Source: a virus
Strand: one strand, 5' to 3'
Virus record (IMG/VR): IMGVR_UViG_3300044857_000313
Span: 1 to 64,000 of that record
DNA: 64,000 nucleotides
In this document: positions 55,948 through 64,000 of the stretch, piece after piece
Position numbering within the stretch: the first letter of the stretch is position 1
How the letters are laid out: the number at the start of each line of letters is the position of its first letter
The notes under the pieces: generated by a model
Database searches by the model: none
What the model saw: the letters and a program-made list of their open reading frames with translations, nothing else
What the model was told of the DNA's origin: nothing
Made by a program: the position numbers and the translations under genes

Positions 55948-57524
55948 GATTCATCTTCCTCTCCAAGTAATCTGTGTCTGTCCTTATCCCAATGGAGATA
56001 GCCTGCAAGCCCTGTTGAACCTGCAAAGCGATTCTTTAAGACACGAATTTTAATCAAGTTTCTTTCAGATTCATCCTCTGCCTGTTGATTGCGTTCAAGG
56101 GCCAATACTTCATCAGGTAACTGCTTCAATGTACCACTACCCCGCAAGTCATCCAGAGAGATGATTCCACCTTCTTCAAAGGATTTTTCACCACTTGTCT
56201 TTTTCAAATGGGATATAACAATCATTCCGACACCCGTTTCTTCAACGAGTGACCTTAATTGCGTCATCAACTTATCAATGGTCTTTCGCTCATCTCCACC
56301 CTCATCCATGCCAGACACGGCAATAGATATATGGTCAAAGATAATAAAATCACACTGTTCCGCCACGGCTAAATAGCGGATACGCGACAACAGGTTCCCG
56401 CTCTCAACAGAACCAAAATGGTCATAGAGGACAAATCGTTTATCGCTGAACAGCTCTTCATAGGCTGTCTTTAACTTATCCTTGTCTACACTACCCCACA
56501 TAATAGATAGAGGTTTTTCAACATGGATAGACAACAACTCGCGGAGTGTCTTCTTCGGATTTTCTTCAAGAAAGACAAGCCCAATTTTCAGTCCATCCTT
56601 CACCTTGAGTTTGTAGGCAATCTCACGAGCCGCTGTAGACTTCCCAATGCCTGTGCCTGCTGTCAGCATCACCAATTCCCCTTTACGGAGTCCCTTCGTG
56701 ATACTTTTCAGCCCCTTGCACCAAGGGTAGTCATAACACTGAGCTTCTGTGTCATCACTAAAAAATTCATCTTCAATGTCAGCGGCGTTGATAATCCCAT
56801 CTGGCCTATATTCCTTCGCGGTGAATATAGCCTGTATGATTGCATCTCCCTTACCTGCTACAAGACATGCATTAGCATCTTTTTCTGGTAAGTCTGCAAT
56901 CTTTAGTTTGTGTGGGGACAACATCCCCTGCACATCCTCAACAGCCTTTCGTCCCTGAGCGTCCATGTCAAACATGACAATGACTTCATCAAAAGACTCT
57001 AGCCATTCGAGGTTTTCTTTAAAGGTACGTTTAGCCGACGTACACCCATGAGGTAAAGACACAACAGGCCACTTGTTACCACCCATCTGTGACACAGTCA
57101 GACAATCAATCTCTCCCTCTGTAATGACAAGCTTCTTGCCACTATGGAAAAGATTCTGTCCAAAAAATCTGTAAGCAGAAGTACCGTTCAGATAGAACTT
57201 CTTGTCCTTTGTTCGTAACTTCTGAAAAAGAACAGAACCGTCCTCATCACAATACTCTGCGACTTGAACGGTTCCTAGCTGTGTCTTTGTAACATAATAG
57301 CCATAACGCTCACATGTTTCAGCAGACAAACCTCTCGCGCGGAGTGTCTTAAACTCCATGTCCTCATGGGGAATAATGGCATGTTTAGTCACCTCTATAC
57401 CTTCTTTCGGAAACTCTGTATGATGACAACTGAAACAGTATGTGTGTCCATCGTCATACAACGTAGCGGCATCATGACTTCCGCAATAAGGACACGGAAT
57501 ATGTGCCTGTACAATTTCCGACAT
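55932..57524 (-). CDS. primase-helicase, copy B
   Basis: homolog of 11784..13376. Confidence 0.9.
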   Translation of the reverse strand: MSEIVQAHIPCPYCGSHDAATLYDDGHTYCFSCHHTEFPKEGIEVTKHAIIPHEDMEFKTLRARGLSAETCERYGYYVTKTQLGTVQVAEYCDEDGSVLFQKLRTKDKKFYLNGTSAYRFFGQNLFHSGKKLVITEGEIDCLTVSQMGGNKWPVVSLPHGCTSAKRTFKENLEWLESFDEVIVMFDMDAQGRKAVEDVQGMLSPHKLKIADLPEKDANACLVAGKGDAIIQAIFTAKEYRPDGIINAADIEDEFFSDDTEAQCYDYPWCKGLKSITKGLRKGELVMLTAGTGIGKSTAAREIAYKLKVKDGLKIGLVFLEENPKKTLRELLSIHVEKPLSIMWGSVDKDKLKTAYEELFSDKRFVLYDHFGSVESGNLLSRIRYLAVAEQCDFIIFDHISIAVSGMDEGGDERKTIDKLMTQLRSLVEETGVGMIVISHLKKTSGEKSFEEGGIISLDDLRGSGTLKQLPDEVLALERNQQAEDESERNLIKIRVLKNRFAGSTGLAGYLHWDKDRHRLLGEEDESCQEF

Positions 57525-57526
57525 GG

Positions 57527-57859
57527 TTAGTCGTCCCCATAGTGTACAGCAAGTGTGTATTTGTTCTTAATGTCCCTCATGGTTTTGCGCTGTGCATCGG
57601 ACATGTCCTTTTCATTAGCACAACCAACCAACAGCACATAGACGGAATCTTCCGCATGAGCGAGTCTATAGTCACCATAAGCAAGGAAGGGAATCCCTTC
57701 TTTTACTTCACCGTTCGGCATCACAATCAAATGATACCCGATATTGAACAGCCCTTCTCGTCGCTGTTCTACATAAATTTCCCGAACGGTCTTCACCTTC
57801 GGTTCAAATAAGACACGCACCATGTTAGTTTCCTCTCTTTCTTTGTACTTTAAATTCAT
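57527..57859 (-). CDS. gp3.5-like protein lacking zinc ligands, copy B
   Basis: homolog of 13379..13711. Confidence 0.55.
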   Translation of the reverse strand: MNLKYKEREETNMVRVLFEPKVKTVREIYVEQRREGLFNIGYHLIVMPNGEVKEGIPFLAYGDYRLAHAEDSVYVLLVGCANEKDMSDAQRKTMRDIKNKYTLAVHYGDD

Positions 57860-57874
57860 TTTCTCACCCCAATA

Positions 57875-58228
57875 TTATTTTTTATTTTTGGGGATAAGAC
57901 CTTTTGTAGACTTCTTCTTTTCTCTAAACCATGCGTCGGGAATCTGTCTAGTGGAGTATTTAAATCCATTTTTCTCCGCCCAATCCGCATAGGTTGTCTT
58001 ACTGCCTTTATACAACTTCAACTTAGGATTCTGGAAGACAAACCGAATATCCAAATCAGGATACTGCATCTTGATAAGCAAGTGCTTCTGTCTGTCTTCC
58101 CTCTCAAAAATCCCTTTTGCTTCTATAATGATTCCATTTGGCAACACAAAGTCTGGAGTATACTTATGCTGTGTAGCAGGTTTTTCATAATTGATGTAGT
58201 ACATCTCATACTTTTCCTGCTTCTTCAA
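57875..58228 (-). CDS. endonuclease I (gp3-like), copy B
   Basis: homolog of 13724..14053; track start is a TTG inside the conserved frame, which extends to about 58304. Confidence 0.8.
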   Translation of the reverse strand: MKKQEKYEMYYINYEKPATQHKYTPDFVLPNGIIIEAKGIFEREDRQKHLLIKMQYPDLDIRFVFQNPKLKLYKGSKTTYADWAEKNGFKYSTRQIPDAWFREKKKSTKGLIPKNKK

Positions 58229-58340
58229 CTCTTGAATCTGTGCGCTAATTGTGTCTTCAAAATGGCTTCTCTTTTTAGGTGGTCTGTATGTATACGCACC
58301 CCCATTACAAAAACTTCTTCTCAGGTCTTATCACCACACT

Positions 58341-58973
58341 TTAGAAATCTTCACCGTCATCCGAACCATCCGTGAACGGTACGTCTACATCCGAACGTGT
58401 GTCTTCTTCATCGTCCTCAATGACAGACGTAGAATCAAAGGCGTCTTCATGCTTCTTAAAGCCAAAAGAGCTTGCATCCTGCCCATTACCATACGGAACG
58501 TACTTCAACAACTGAACCGCCTGCAAGCGGAAAGACACACCAAAGTTTTTCGATGTATTGTAATACGGAAAGAGCTGATAGGCTACAGCAACAACACTAC
58601 CATTCCCAATAGAACTCTTGATTTTTCGAGTGACAGGGCGTTCAGCACCATCAAAGACAGGAACAACCTTGTCAATTTCTTTGCCAGCTTTCGTTACAAT
58701 GTGAGCATTGGTAACAAATTTGACGCTTGCGTCACCATTATCATCTTCACGGTACGAACCCATGTTAGGCTCAGCGGCAAACTTTTTGTTCTTGAGTGTT
58801 TCTTTAAATTCTTCCCAAATCGTCTGGGCTTCCTGCATCAAGTTATTCATGTCTTCAACAGACGGAACAAGTGTAATGCTATATTTATTTGTGTCTGTGC
58901 CATTAAAGGTTTCTGTGTCTGCTAAATGACACCACATAGCCTTCCCTGTAATTACACCATCATTCATGTTCAT
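58341..58973 (-). CDS. ssDNA-binding protein (gp2.5-like), copy B
   Basis: homolog of 14362..14994. Confidence 0.7.
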   Translation of the reverse strand: MNMNDGVITGKAMWCHLADTETFNGTDTNKYSITLVPSVEDMNNLMQEAQTIWEEFKETLKNKKFAAEPNMGSYREDDNGDASVKFVTNAHIVTKAGKEIDKVVPVFDGAERPVTRKIKSSIGNGSVVAVAYQLFPYYNTSKNFGVSFRLQAVQLLKYVPYGNGQDASSFGFKKHEDAFDSTSVIEDDEEDTRSDVDVPFTDGSDDGEDF

Positions 58974-58988
58974 GTTTCATTCTCCTTT

Positions 58989-59222
58989 TTATAATAAGCT
59001 TGCACGAGTAACTAAAATCATGCCGTCGGCATTTTCGAGTAGTAAATCTGCTATGGCTGTCTTAATGCCATCATCAAGCTTTACATGCTTCCTGCGGGAC
59101 TTAGCGGCAATTACGCCTAAAAGACACAAGGTATCATTGTCATAAGTTCCCCCATATAAAAATCGCAGGAGCTTGTTTGCATAGACAGTATAAGGTTTGT
59201 TCATTGTTTCCTTCATGTTCAT
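58989..59222 (-). CDS. hypothetical protein (77 aa), copy B
   Basis: homolog of 15012..15239. Confidence 0.5.
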   Translation of the reverse strand: MNMKETMNKPYTVYANKLLRFLYGGTYDNDTLCLLGVIAAKSRRKHVKLDDGIKTAIADLLLENADGMILVTRASLL

Positions 59223-59243
59223 TTCTCCTTTTTGTAATGGTTA

Positions 59244-59936
59244 TTACAATACGATACGTTCCCCGTTCTTGATTGTATCTAACCACATTTCATAGACACA
59301 AAGTTTATCATAATCAGCTTTCATATCTTCCTCAGTACCTTTATGCCCCATACGGAGCCGATATTTAAGGATGTTACCTTTCAGGAATCCAATAAGTTCT
59401 TCATGACTAAAGAAAGCTTGCATCACAAGAATAGGCTCTACAACTGCATTACGGTAATGTTTATCATGCAGGATGTCTTCCTGTGTGTCTTCTTCTTCAC
59501 AGATAGGAAAAACACGCTCTTCATTAACCATGATTACTTCATCACTGCCACGGAACCGTACATCGTATATTACTGGGCAAGTTTCAGGAAATACCGATAT
59601 GTGTAGACCAACAACTACTGCATAACCACTTTCGTGTGGTGGCATAGCCGCCCAATCCGACATGTCTACCCATACAATATCAAAGATATTAATTTTTCTC
59701 ATGGTTAATCTAGTCCTTTCCTGTGTGTCTTCTTCTTCACAGATAGGAGTAATACACCGTTCATCAACGGTGATTACCTTATGACTTCCACGAAACTGTA
59801 CACAATACATTACTGCGTCGCTTCCAGAGATAACACGTATGTCAATAACTACTGCATAACCACTATCATGTGGTGGTGTGAACGAACAGTTAGACATATC
59901 AACCCACACGGTATCGTCAATATTAATTTCTCTCAT
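59244..59936 (-). CDS. modular protein with DUF3310/SaV-like C-terminal domain, copy B (tandem N-terminal modules)
   Basis: two ~77-aa repeats (..VWVDMS..PPH.SGYAVV..FRGS..ICEEEDTQE) then the shared C-terminal domain. Confidence 0.45.
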   Translation of the reverse strand: MREINIDDTVWVDMSNCSFTPPHDSGYAVVIDIRVISGSDAVMYCVQFRGSHKVITVDERCITPICEEEDTQERTRLTMRKINIFDIVWVDMSDWAAMPPHESGYAVVVGLHISVFPETCPVIYDVRFRGSDEVIMVNEERVFPICEEEDTQEDILHDKHYRNAVVEPILVMQAFFSHEELIGFLKGNILKYRLRMGHKGTEEDMKADYDKLCVYEMWLDTIKNGERIVL

Positions 59937-59943
59937 GGTTCAT

Positions 59944-60435
59944 CTAGTCCTTTCCTGTGCTTCCAAATCCTTTGTGTGTCCCTTCTTTTGCAAGGGAATC
60001 CACTTCTACTAATTCATTCGGAACGTTCTCTACAAGCATAATCTGTGCAATACGTTCCCCTTTATTGATTCTTGTAACACTACTACCGATATTTTCAACA
60101 AGCAAAAACAATTCATCAACATAGTCACTATCAACAATCCCTGTGCCATTGGCTAGTCTCAGTTTTGTTTTGAAACCTGTAGAAGAACGGACATAAACTT
60201 CTAAATGGTATCCTTCGGGAATCTCAAAAGCTACACCCGTCGGAATCTTATATGCTTTATCTTGCCCCCTTTGAGGGTATAAAGTCACTGTGTCATTTGC
60301 GAATACATCATAGCAAGCGGCAGACGCTGTAGCCTTGTAAGGTGCTTTCGCATCTGGCGTTACACGCTTGAATTTTAAAGACACACTAGATTTAGATGTT
60401 GCCTTTCGTCGCTTACGTACTGTTGCTTCTGTCAT
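59944..60435 (-). CDS. dut: dUTPase, copy B
   Basis: homolog of 15944..16441. Confidence 0.8.
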   Translation of the reverse strand: MTEATVRKRRKATSKSSVSLKFKRVTPDAKAPYKATASAACYDVFANDTVTLYPQRGQDKAYKIPTGVAFEIPEGYHLEVYVRSSTGFKTKLRLANGTGIVDSDYVDELFLLVENIGSSVTRINKGERIAQIMLVENVPNELVEVDSLAKEGTHKGFGSTGKD

Positions 60436-60477
60436 GTTTTATGCTCCTTTCAAAAACTGAATACTTGAATACTTTCT

Positions 60478-60500
60478 TTCTTCACTACGTGGCACAATTA
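60478..60500 (-). promoter_or_regulatory. phage RNAP promoter, type B (TAATTGTGCCACGTAGT|GAAGAA)
   Basis: first of three tandem units (49-52 bp period). Confidence 0.65.
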
Positions 60501-60526
60501 AAAAAGACACCACTTGAAGACTTTCT

Positions 60527-60549
60527 TTCTTCACTACGTGGCACAATTA
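60527..60549 (-). promoter_or_regulatory. phage RNAP promoter, type B
   Basis: identical 23-mer. Confidence 0.65.
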
Positions 60550-60578
60550 AAAAAGACACCATGGAAGATTGTTTTTCT

Positions 60579-60601
60579 TTCTTCACTACGTGGCACAATT
60601 A
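60579..60601 (-). promoter_or_regulatory. phage RNAP promoter, type B
   Basis: identical 23-mer. Confidence 0.65.
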
Positions 60602-60837
60602 AATGTTTGTGTCTTATCCTTCGATAAAGAGAAAAAGACACACAAAAAGAGAAATATTTAAATTATTTATATTAATTATTAATTATCATCAATAATAAAT
60701 AATAAAAGAGAAATATTTAAATTATTTATATTAATTATTAATTATCATCAATAATAAATAATAAAAGAACTATAAGTATCTTAAAGTATTTTTAAGTATA
60801 TATAGTTACTTTAAGTATCTTATAGTTCTTTTCTCTT
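60602..60837. other. AT-rich repeat region, candidate replication origin (arm B), with 59-bp tandem duplication
   Basis: unit AGAGAAATATTTAAATTATTTATATTAATTATTAATTATCATCAATAATAAATAATAAA at 60648-60706 and 60707-60765; single copy in arm A. Confidence 0.4.
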
Positions 60838-60860
60838 CTCTTCACTACGTGGCACAATTA
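60838..60860 (-). promoter_or_regulatory. phage RNAP promoter, type B, just after RNAP stop
   Basis: TAATTGTGCCACGTAGT|GAAGAG. Confidence 0.65.
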
Positions 60861-60875
60861 CAAATCATGTTATAT

Positions 60876-63485
60876 TTATGCAAAACAATACTTACTATTG
60901 ACTACATCATCAAGATTTAGGTTCCCCTTCGAGGGAATTTTAGGTATTTCTTTTCCTTCGGGTAACATATATTCAACATCCTTTAACCACTCCTCTAAGT
61001 AATTGTGGTCTTTGTACATCTTGACTAATTCAGTACGAATAGCCCTGAATAAGTCCCCTGCATGTTCAATATCTGTGCCAAAGCTATCATGAATCATGAA
61101 AAAGTTGATATTTCCTTTTTCAGATTGATTCATGATTACCCTTTGCATGTGACACGCATCCATTGAATGAATAAAGTTAGGGGCGATTGCTTGTGCTTGA
61201 CCCCTTGTGTCTATATCGGTGCTGTCTTGGGGTACATAGATGCGAATGAAACCGCCATTAAAGCGCATACGGCACGTTTCCATGTTAGGTACAAATTTAT
61301 TCTGTTGGATAGGTAAGCCATTAGGGCTTGTCCATGCTACAGCTTCCCCATTCTTGCCAATCATCCCTGCAATCTTTTTCAGCCATTCCATGCCCTCTAC
61401 GGCCTTTACAACCGTGGTGGTTACAGCGTCCCAAATGAGACCTGCCATGTAGTTTGCGGCCTGTGAGCGACTCAAGAAGATAGGATTGTCTTTATGTTCA
61501 TCCAACCATGGTTTGATAATGTCTGATTTGAGATTTTCGGAGAAGCCATAAGTTCTCGACCCATACGCAAGGGTCATGACAGAACGCTTGCACACTTTGC
61601 GCTTGATACCGTCCGAACCGAATTTTTCGCGGCCATACATCAGCCATTCAGACGCAAGCTCTTTTGTGCCATATGCAATGCACTTTTTGCCCTTGTTGTC
61701 AAGTACAAAATCGCCTGTTTTCTTATCTTTTTTGAAGTCATCTGCTGTCCCTTCTAATGCGTCTTTATGTAAGACAACATTTACTTTATCGGCCACAACT
61801 TGATAAATGTCATGTACGGTTTCGTCGGGAATTAGATTGACGTTCTTACCCCCTATTTCATCCGCAAGAAGCATAGAGAAGTGCTGTAGACCTGAGCATG
61901 TACCATCAAAGCTAATAGGAAGACCTGATTTGAATCCAACAGCAGACCCGTCATGCTCAGCTTGATAGACACGGAGTCTTTCAAACTCAAAGCAGAAGGC
62001 CAGAAATTCCATGGGACTTTCATCACCTGCCACTTCGTCCCACCATGTGTACGTTAAAGGGGAAGCGGCACTCTGTAAAATGTTGTCTTCATTGTCAAGT
62101 ACCCATTTGATACGGTCATCAAAGGGAATCTTGTCAAGACCTGCGAATCCTGCGCCTGCGATGTAGAACCATTTTAATGATTCTTCATTTGTCAAGGGTG
62201 TTGGCTCTGCAAATAGCAAAAGAGCTTTTTGTGTGTCGTCGCCTTGCGGATTCAAGGCAGGACACATTGGGTAGATACGGCCACGATAGTCTAAGTTCCA
62301 TGGGAAGTAGATTTTTTCATACTTGCTATACTTTTTAGCACAACCTAACGTGGTATTTGTTCTAAGAACCTTGGATACTCTGGCCCGTTCGTGCTTGTAA
62401 TACACAACAAGCCGTTTCTTGTGCGCTTCTAACTCCTCGGGTGTCGGGTCAATCAAATGTGGAATTTTGGGCGTTTCGTCCGTTCTGGGAAGGCCCCCTA
62501 AGCCCCCATGGTTCTCCATGATAGACACCATGGTATCAAGTACACGCTGATTGATTATGAATGGAGTGGCTTGCAGGGCATTTACACATTTAAAAAGCCA
62601 TGCCAAGTCAAGCTGTTCGCATTTTCGGAGATATTGAGTCATAAATACATTTTTTTGGTTAAAATTAGCACGGATGAAATGTGCAAAGGGGGCATTAGCT
62701 CCGTAATAAGCACCTTCCCATACTGTTGTCCATGGTTTGGGTGGGATGACACAAGGACTAAATTTATAGCTATTCAACGCCATAATATCAATACTTTTCG
62801 CCCATGTCTGTACAAGCCAATCATTCGCTTTAAGTAGCTTTTGATTCCCTTCTGCTTTATAGTCAAAGTAGCCACTCCCTTTTATGACTGCTTCTAGGAT
62901 AACAGTCATTAGCTTATAAAGACCTTCTTTATCCATAGTTTGGGGCGCAAAGTTCATAATTTTATATGCTTTTTGTGCATATCGCACTTTAAATGTCATT
63001 TGCATACGATGTTTCAGGCCATCTTCAAAAAAAGCTCCATCTTGTCGTGTTGCCTGCTTTAAGTAGTCGTAGCTAATGACTTCTTCAGTGAAAGAAGACA
63101 CCAGTTCATGTAAGTTATTGTTAAAGTCTACATATGTATCCTCAGAGGTATGCATGACAAAACCAATCAAAGTATTTAGAGTAGAGGTTATGCATGTCTT
63201 AATAAGTGTGTCTTCATCCCCTTCATATAAGCTTTTAAGTTGGTTCACAACACCTTGATATTTAGGCACTACGCCACGCTTTTTCTGGGGAAATAAAACG
63301 TTTTTAACGTTCGTATAGCAGTCTGAAAAGACATGCTCCATCAGCTTACTGCCCACTTTTGTTTCCCCTGCTGTGCCTTTTAAAGCCGCTTGTTCATAGG
63401 TAGCACGTAGCACCTTTTCTGCAAAGTCTTTTGATTCTTGTTCAAGTGCTAATTGTTCCTGTAAAGTACCTTTGATTTTTTCCAT
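60876..63485 (-). CDS. single-subunit RNA polymerase, copy B
   Basis: 869 aa from MEKIKGTLQEQ with AGGAAGG SD; the 23-codon upstream extension in the ORF track contains a phage promoter and has no counterpart in copy A. Confidence 0.95.
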   Translation of the reverse strand: MEKIKGTLQEQLALEQESKDFAEKVLRATYEQAALKGTAGETKVGSKLMEHVFSDCYTNVKNVLFPQKKRGVVPKYQGVVNQLKSLYEGDEDTLIKTCITSTLNTLIGFVMHTSEDTYVDFNNNLHELVSSFTEEVISYDYLKQATRQDGAFFEDGLKHRMQMTFKVRYAQKAYKIMNFAPQTMDKEGLYKLMTVILEAVIKGSGYFDYKAEGNQKLLKANDWLVQTWAKSIDIMALNSYKFSPCVIPPKPWTTVWEGAYYGANAPFAHFIRANFNQKNVFMTQYLRKCEQLDLAWLFKCVNALQATPFIINQRVLDTMVSIMENHGGLGGLPRTDETPKIPHLIDPTPEELEAHKKRLVVYYKHERARVSKVLRTNTTLGCAKKYSKYEKIYFPWNLDYRGRIYPMCPALNPQGDDTQKALLLFAEPTPLTNEESLKWFYIAGAGFAGLDKIPFDDRIKWVLDNEDNILQSAASPLTYTWWDEVAGDESPMEFLAFCFEFERLRVYQAEHDGSAVGFKSGLPISFDGTCSGLQHFSMLLADEIGGKNVNLIPDETVHDIYQVVADKVNVVLHKDALEGTADDFKKDKKTGDFVLDNKGKKCIAYGTKELASEWLMYGREKFGSDGIKRKVCKRSVMTLAYGSRTYGFSENLKSDIIKPWLDEHKDNPIFLSRSQAANYMAGLIWDAVTTTVVKAVEGMEWLKKIAGMIGKNGEAVAWTSPNGLPIQQNKFVPNMETCRMRFNGGFIRIYVPQDSTDIDTRGQAQAIAPNFIHSMDACHMQRVIMNQSEKGNINFFMIHDSFGTDIEHAGDLFRAIRTELVKMYKDHNYLEEWLKDVEYMLPEGKEIPKIPSKGNLNLDDVVNSKYCFA

Positions 63486-63524
63486 GGTATTACCTTCCTT
63501 TCTAGTAGGCGGAACTATTAATAT

Positions 63525-63547
63525 TTCTTCAATACGTGGCACAATTA
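63525..63547 (-). promoter_or_regulatory. phage RNAP promoter, type B, directly upstream of RNAP gene
   Basis: TAATTGTGCCACGTATT|GAAGAA. Confidence 0.6.
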
Positions 63548-63583
63548 ATTTCATAAAAGCAAACTAATGTTTGGTACTTAGGT

Positions 63584-63624
63584 ATAAAATTGGCTTGTCC
63601 CTGCCGTGTTGGTAAAGACACGCC
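63584..63624 (-). terminator. hairpin plus U-tract between early genes and RNAP, copy B
   Basis: GGCGUGUC..GACAAGCC (one mismatch) then AAUUUUAUACC. Confidence 0.4.
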
Positions 63625-63649
63625 TAGATTAGAACAGTTGTTCGTATTG

Positions 63650-63916
63650 CTAGTATGCATCCTTTCTTAAGACAACATTCAAGCCATCCAAATAATAATT
63701 ATCAACTACTTTGAAATTTTTACCCATTACCTTTTCAACAACTCGACGTGTTACGGGTGCGGCGACGTAATTCATCCCATTAAATTCATTTTCATCTACC
63801 CATTTGTCACGTTCCTTTTTTGTTGGGAAGGCATAAAAATCATAAGCGTTTCCACCCATACTTGCATAGGAAACATTAATTCCATAGCTACAATATTCAG
63901 CGTAATACATAAGCAC
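63650..63916 (-). CDS. hypothetical early protein (88 aa), arm B specific
   Basis: ORF; unrelated to the arm A protein in the equivalent position. Confidence 0.5.
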   Translation of the reverse strand: MLMYYAEYCSYGINVSYASMGGNAYDFYAFPTKKERDKWVDENEFNGMNYVAAPVTRRVVEKVMGKNFKVVDNYYLDGLNVVLRKDAY

Positions 63917-64000
63917 TCATCCTTTCCTTGCTACCTTGTAAGACTCTAATGGCCTTAATCAGACATGCAAACTAGTTAAGTGTGCTTGCGTGTCTTGTTA

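Noticed and set aside
63486-63554. N-terminal extensions in the ORF track (RNAP B to 63554; nrdD to 11315/55475; exonuclease to 5776/49321; SprT to 20789)
   Set aside because: The extensions are not conserved between copies or overlap the upstream gene. One contains a phage promoter. Good SD sites precede the internal Met codons that align between copies.

Overview
The whole window is phage DNA; I see no recognisable bacterial genes. It is a T7-like podovirus genome. It has a single-subunit RNA polymerase, gp4-type primase-helicase, gp5-type DNA polymerase, gp8/9/10 head genes, gp11/12 tail tube, gp14/15/16-like internal core, gp17-like fibre, holin/endolysin and terminase. Nearly all genes are on the minus strand, so the phage map reads from high to low coordinates.

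The window holds about 1.5 tandem units with a period of about 43,555 bp:
- Arm B (64000 down to 43733): early gene, RNAP, replication and nucleotide metabolism, head.
- One late arm (43666 down to 24989): tail, core, fibre, lysis, Dam, terminase.
- A lysogeny-type module (24706 down to about 21700): Xis-like HTH, plus-strand tyrosine integrase, plus-strand RHH gene, and operators over host-type early promoters.
- Arm A (21693 down to 178): early genes, RNAP, replication, head.
- The first 111 nt of the next gp11 copy.

Arms A and B are collinear but diverged. The capsids differ at 13 of 337 residues, and the RNAP N-terminal domains differ far more. They also differ by discrete indels.

Main observations:
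1. The two RNAPs go with two different T7-style promoter consensus sequences, fixed differences at -9 and -5.
2. This is a T7-like phage with integrase, Xis, RHH and palindromic operators over its host-type early promoters.
3. The terL gene is split by an 811-nt group-I-like intron carrying a GIY-YIG gene. A contiguous P10/P1 guide sequence, a U.G pair at the 5' splice site and a terminal G are all readable.
4. DNA polymerase A is split inside motif B by a 688-nt HNH-carrying insert. Copy B supplies the empty site.
5. A Bro-N/KilA-C gene is inserted only in arm B, between 37-bp direct repeats.
6. The conserved N-terminus of endonuclease I has no in-frame start codon in either copy.
7. The Dam methyltransferase is broken at an A10 tract.
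8. Two co-initiating, fully overlapping ORFs follow the endolysin.
9. The hexamer GTGTCT/AGACAC is strongly over-represented.

Strong Shine-Dalgarno sites, TTGACA/TATAAT-type promoters and an nrdD/nrdG pair suggest an anaerobic host that uses SD sites; the host itself cannot be named from this window.

All homology calls are from motif recognition by eye. No searches, folds or k-mer statistics were run, so start codons and regulatory-site boundaries are approximate.
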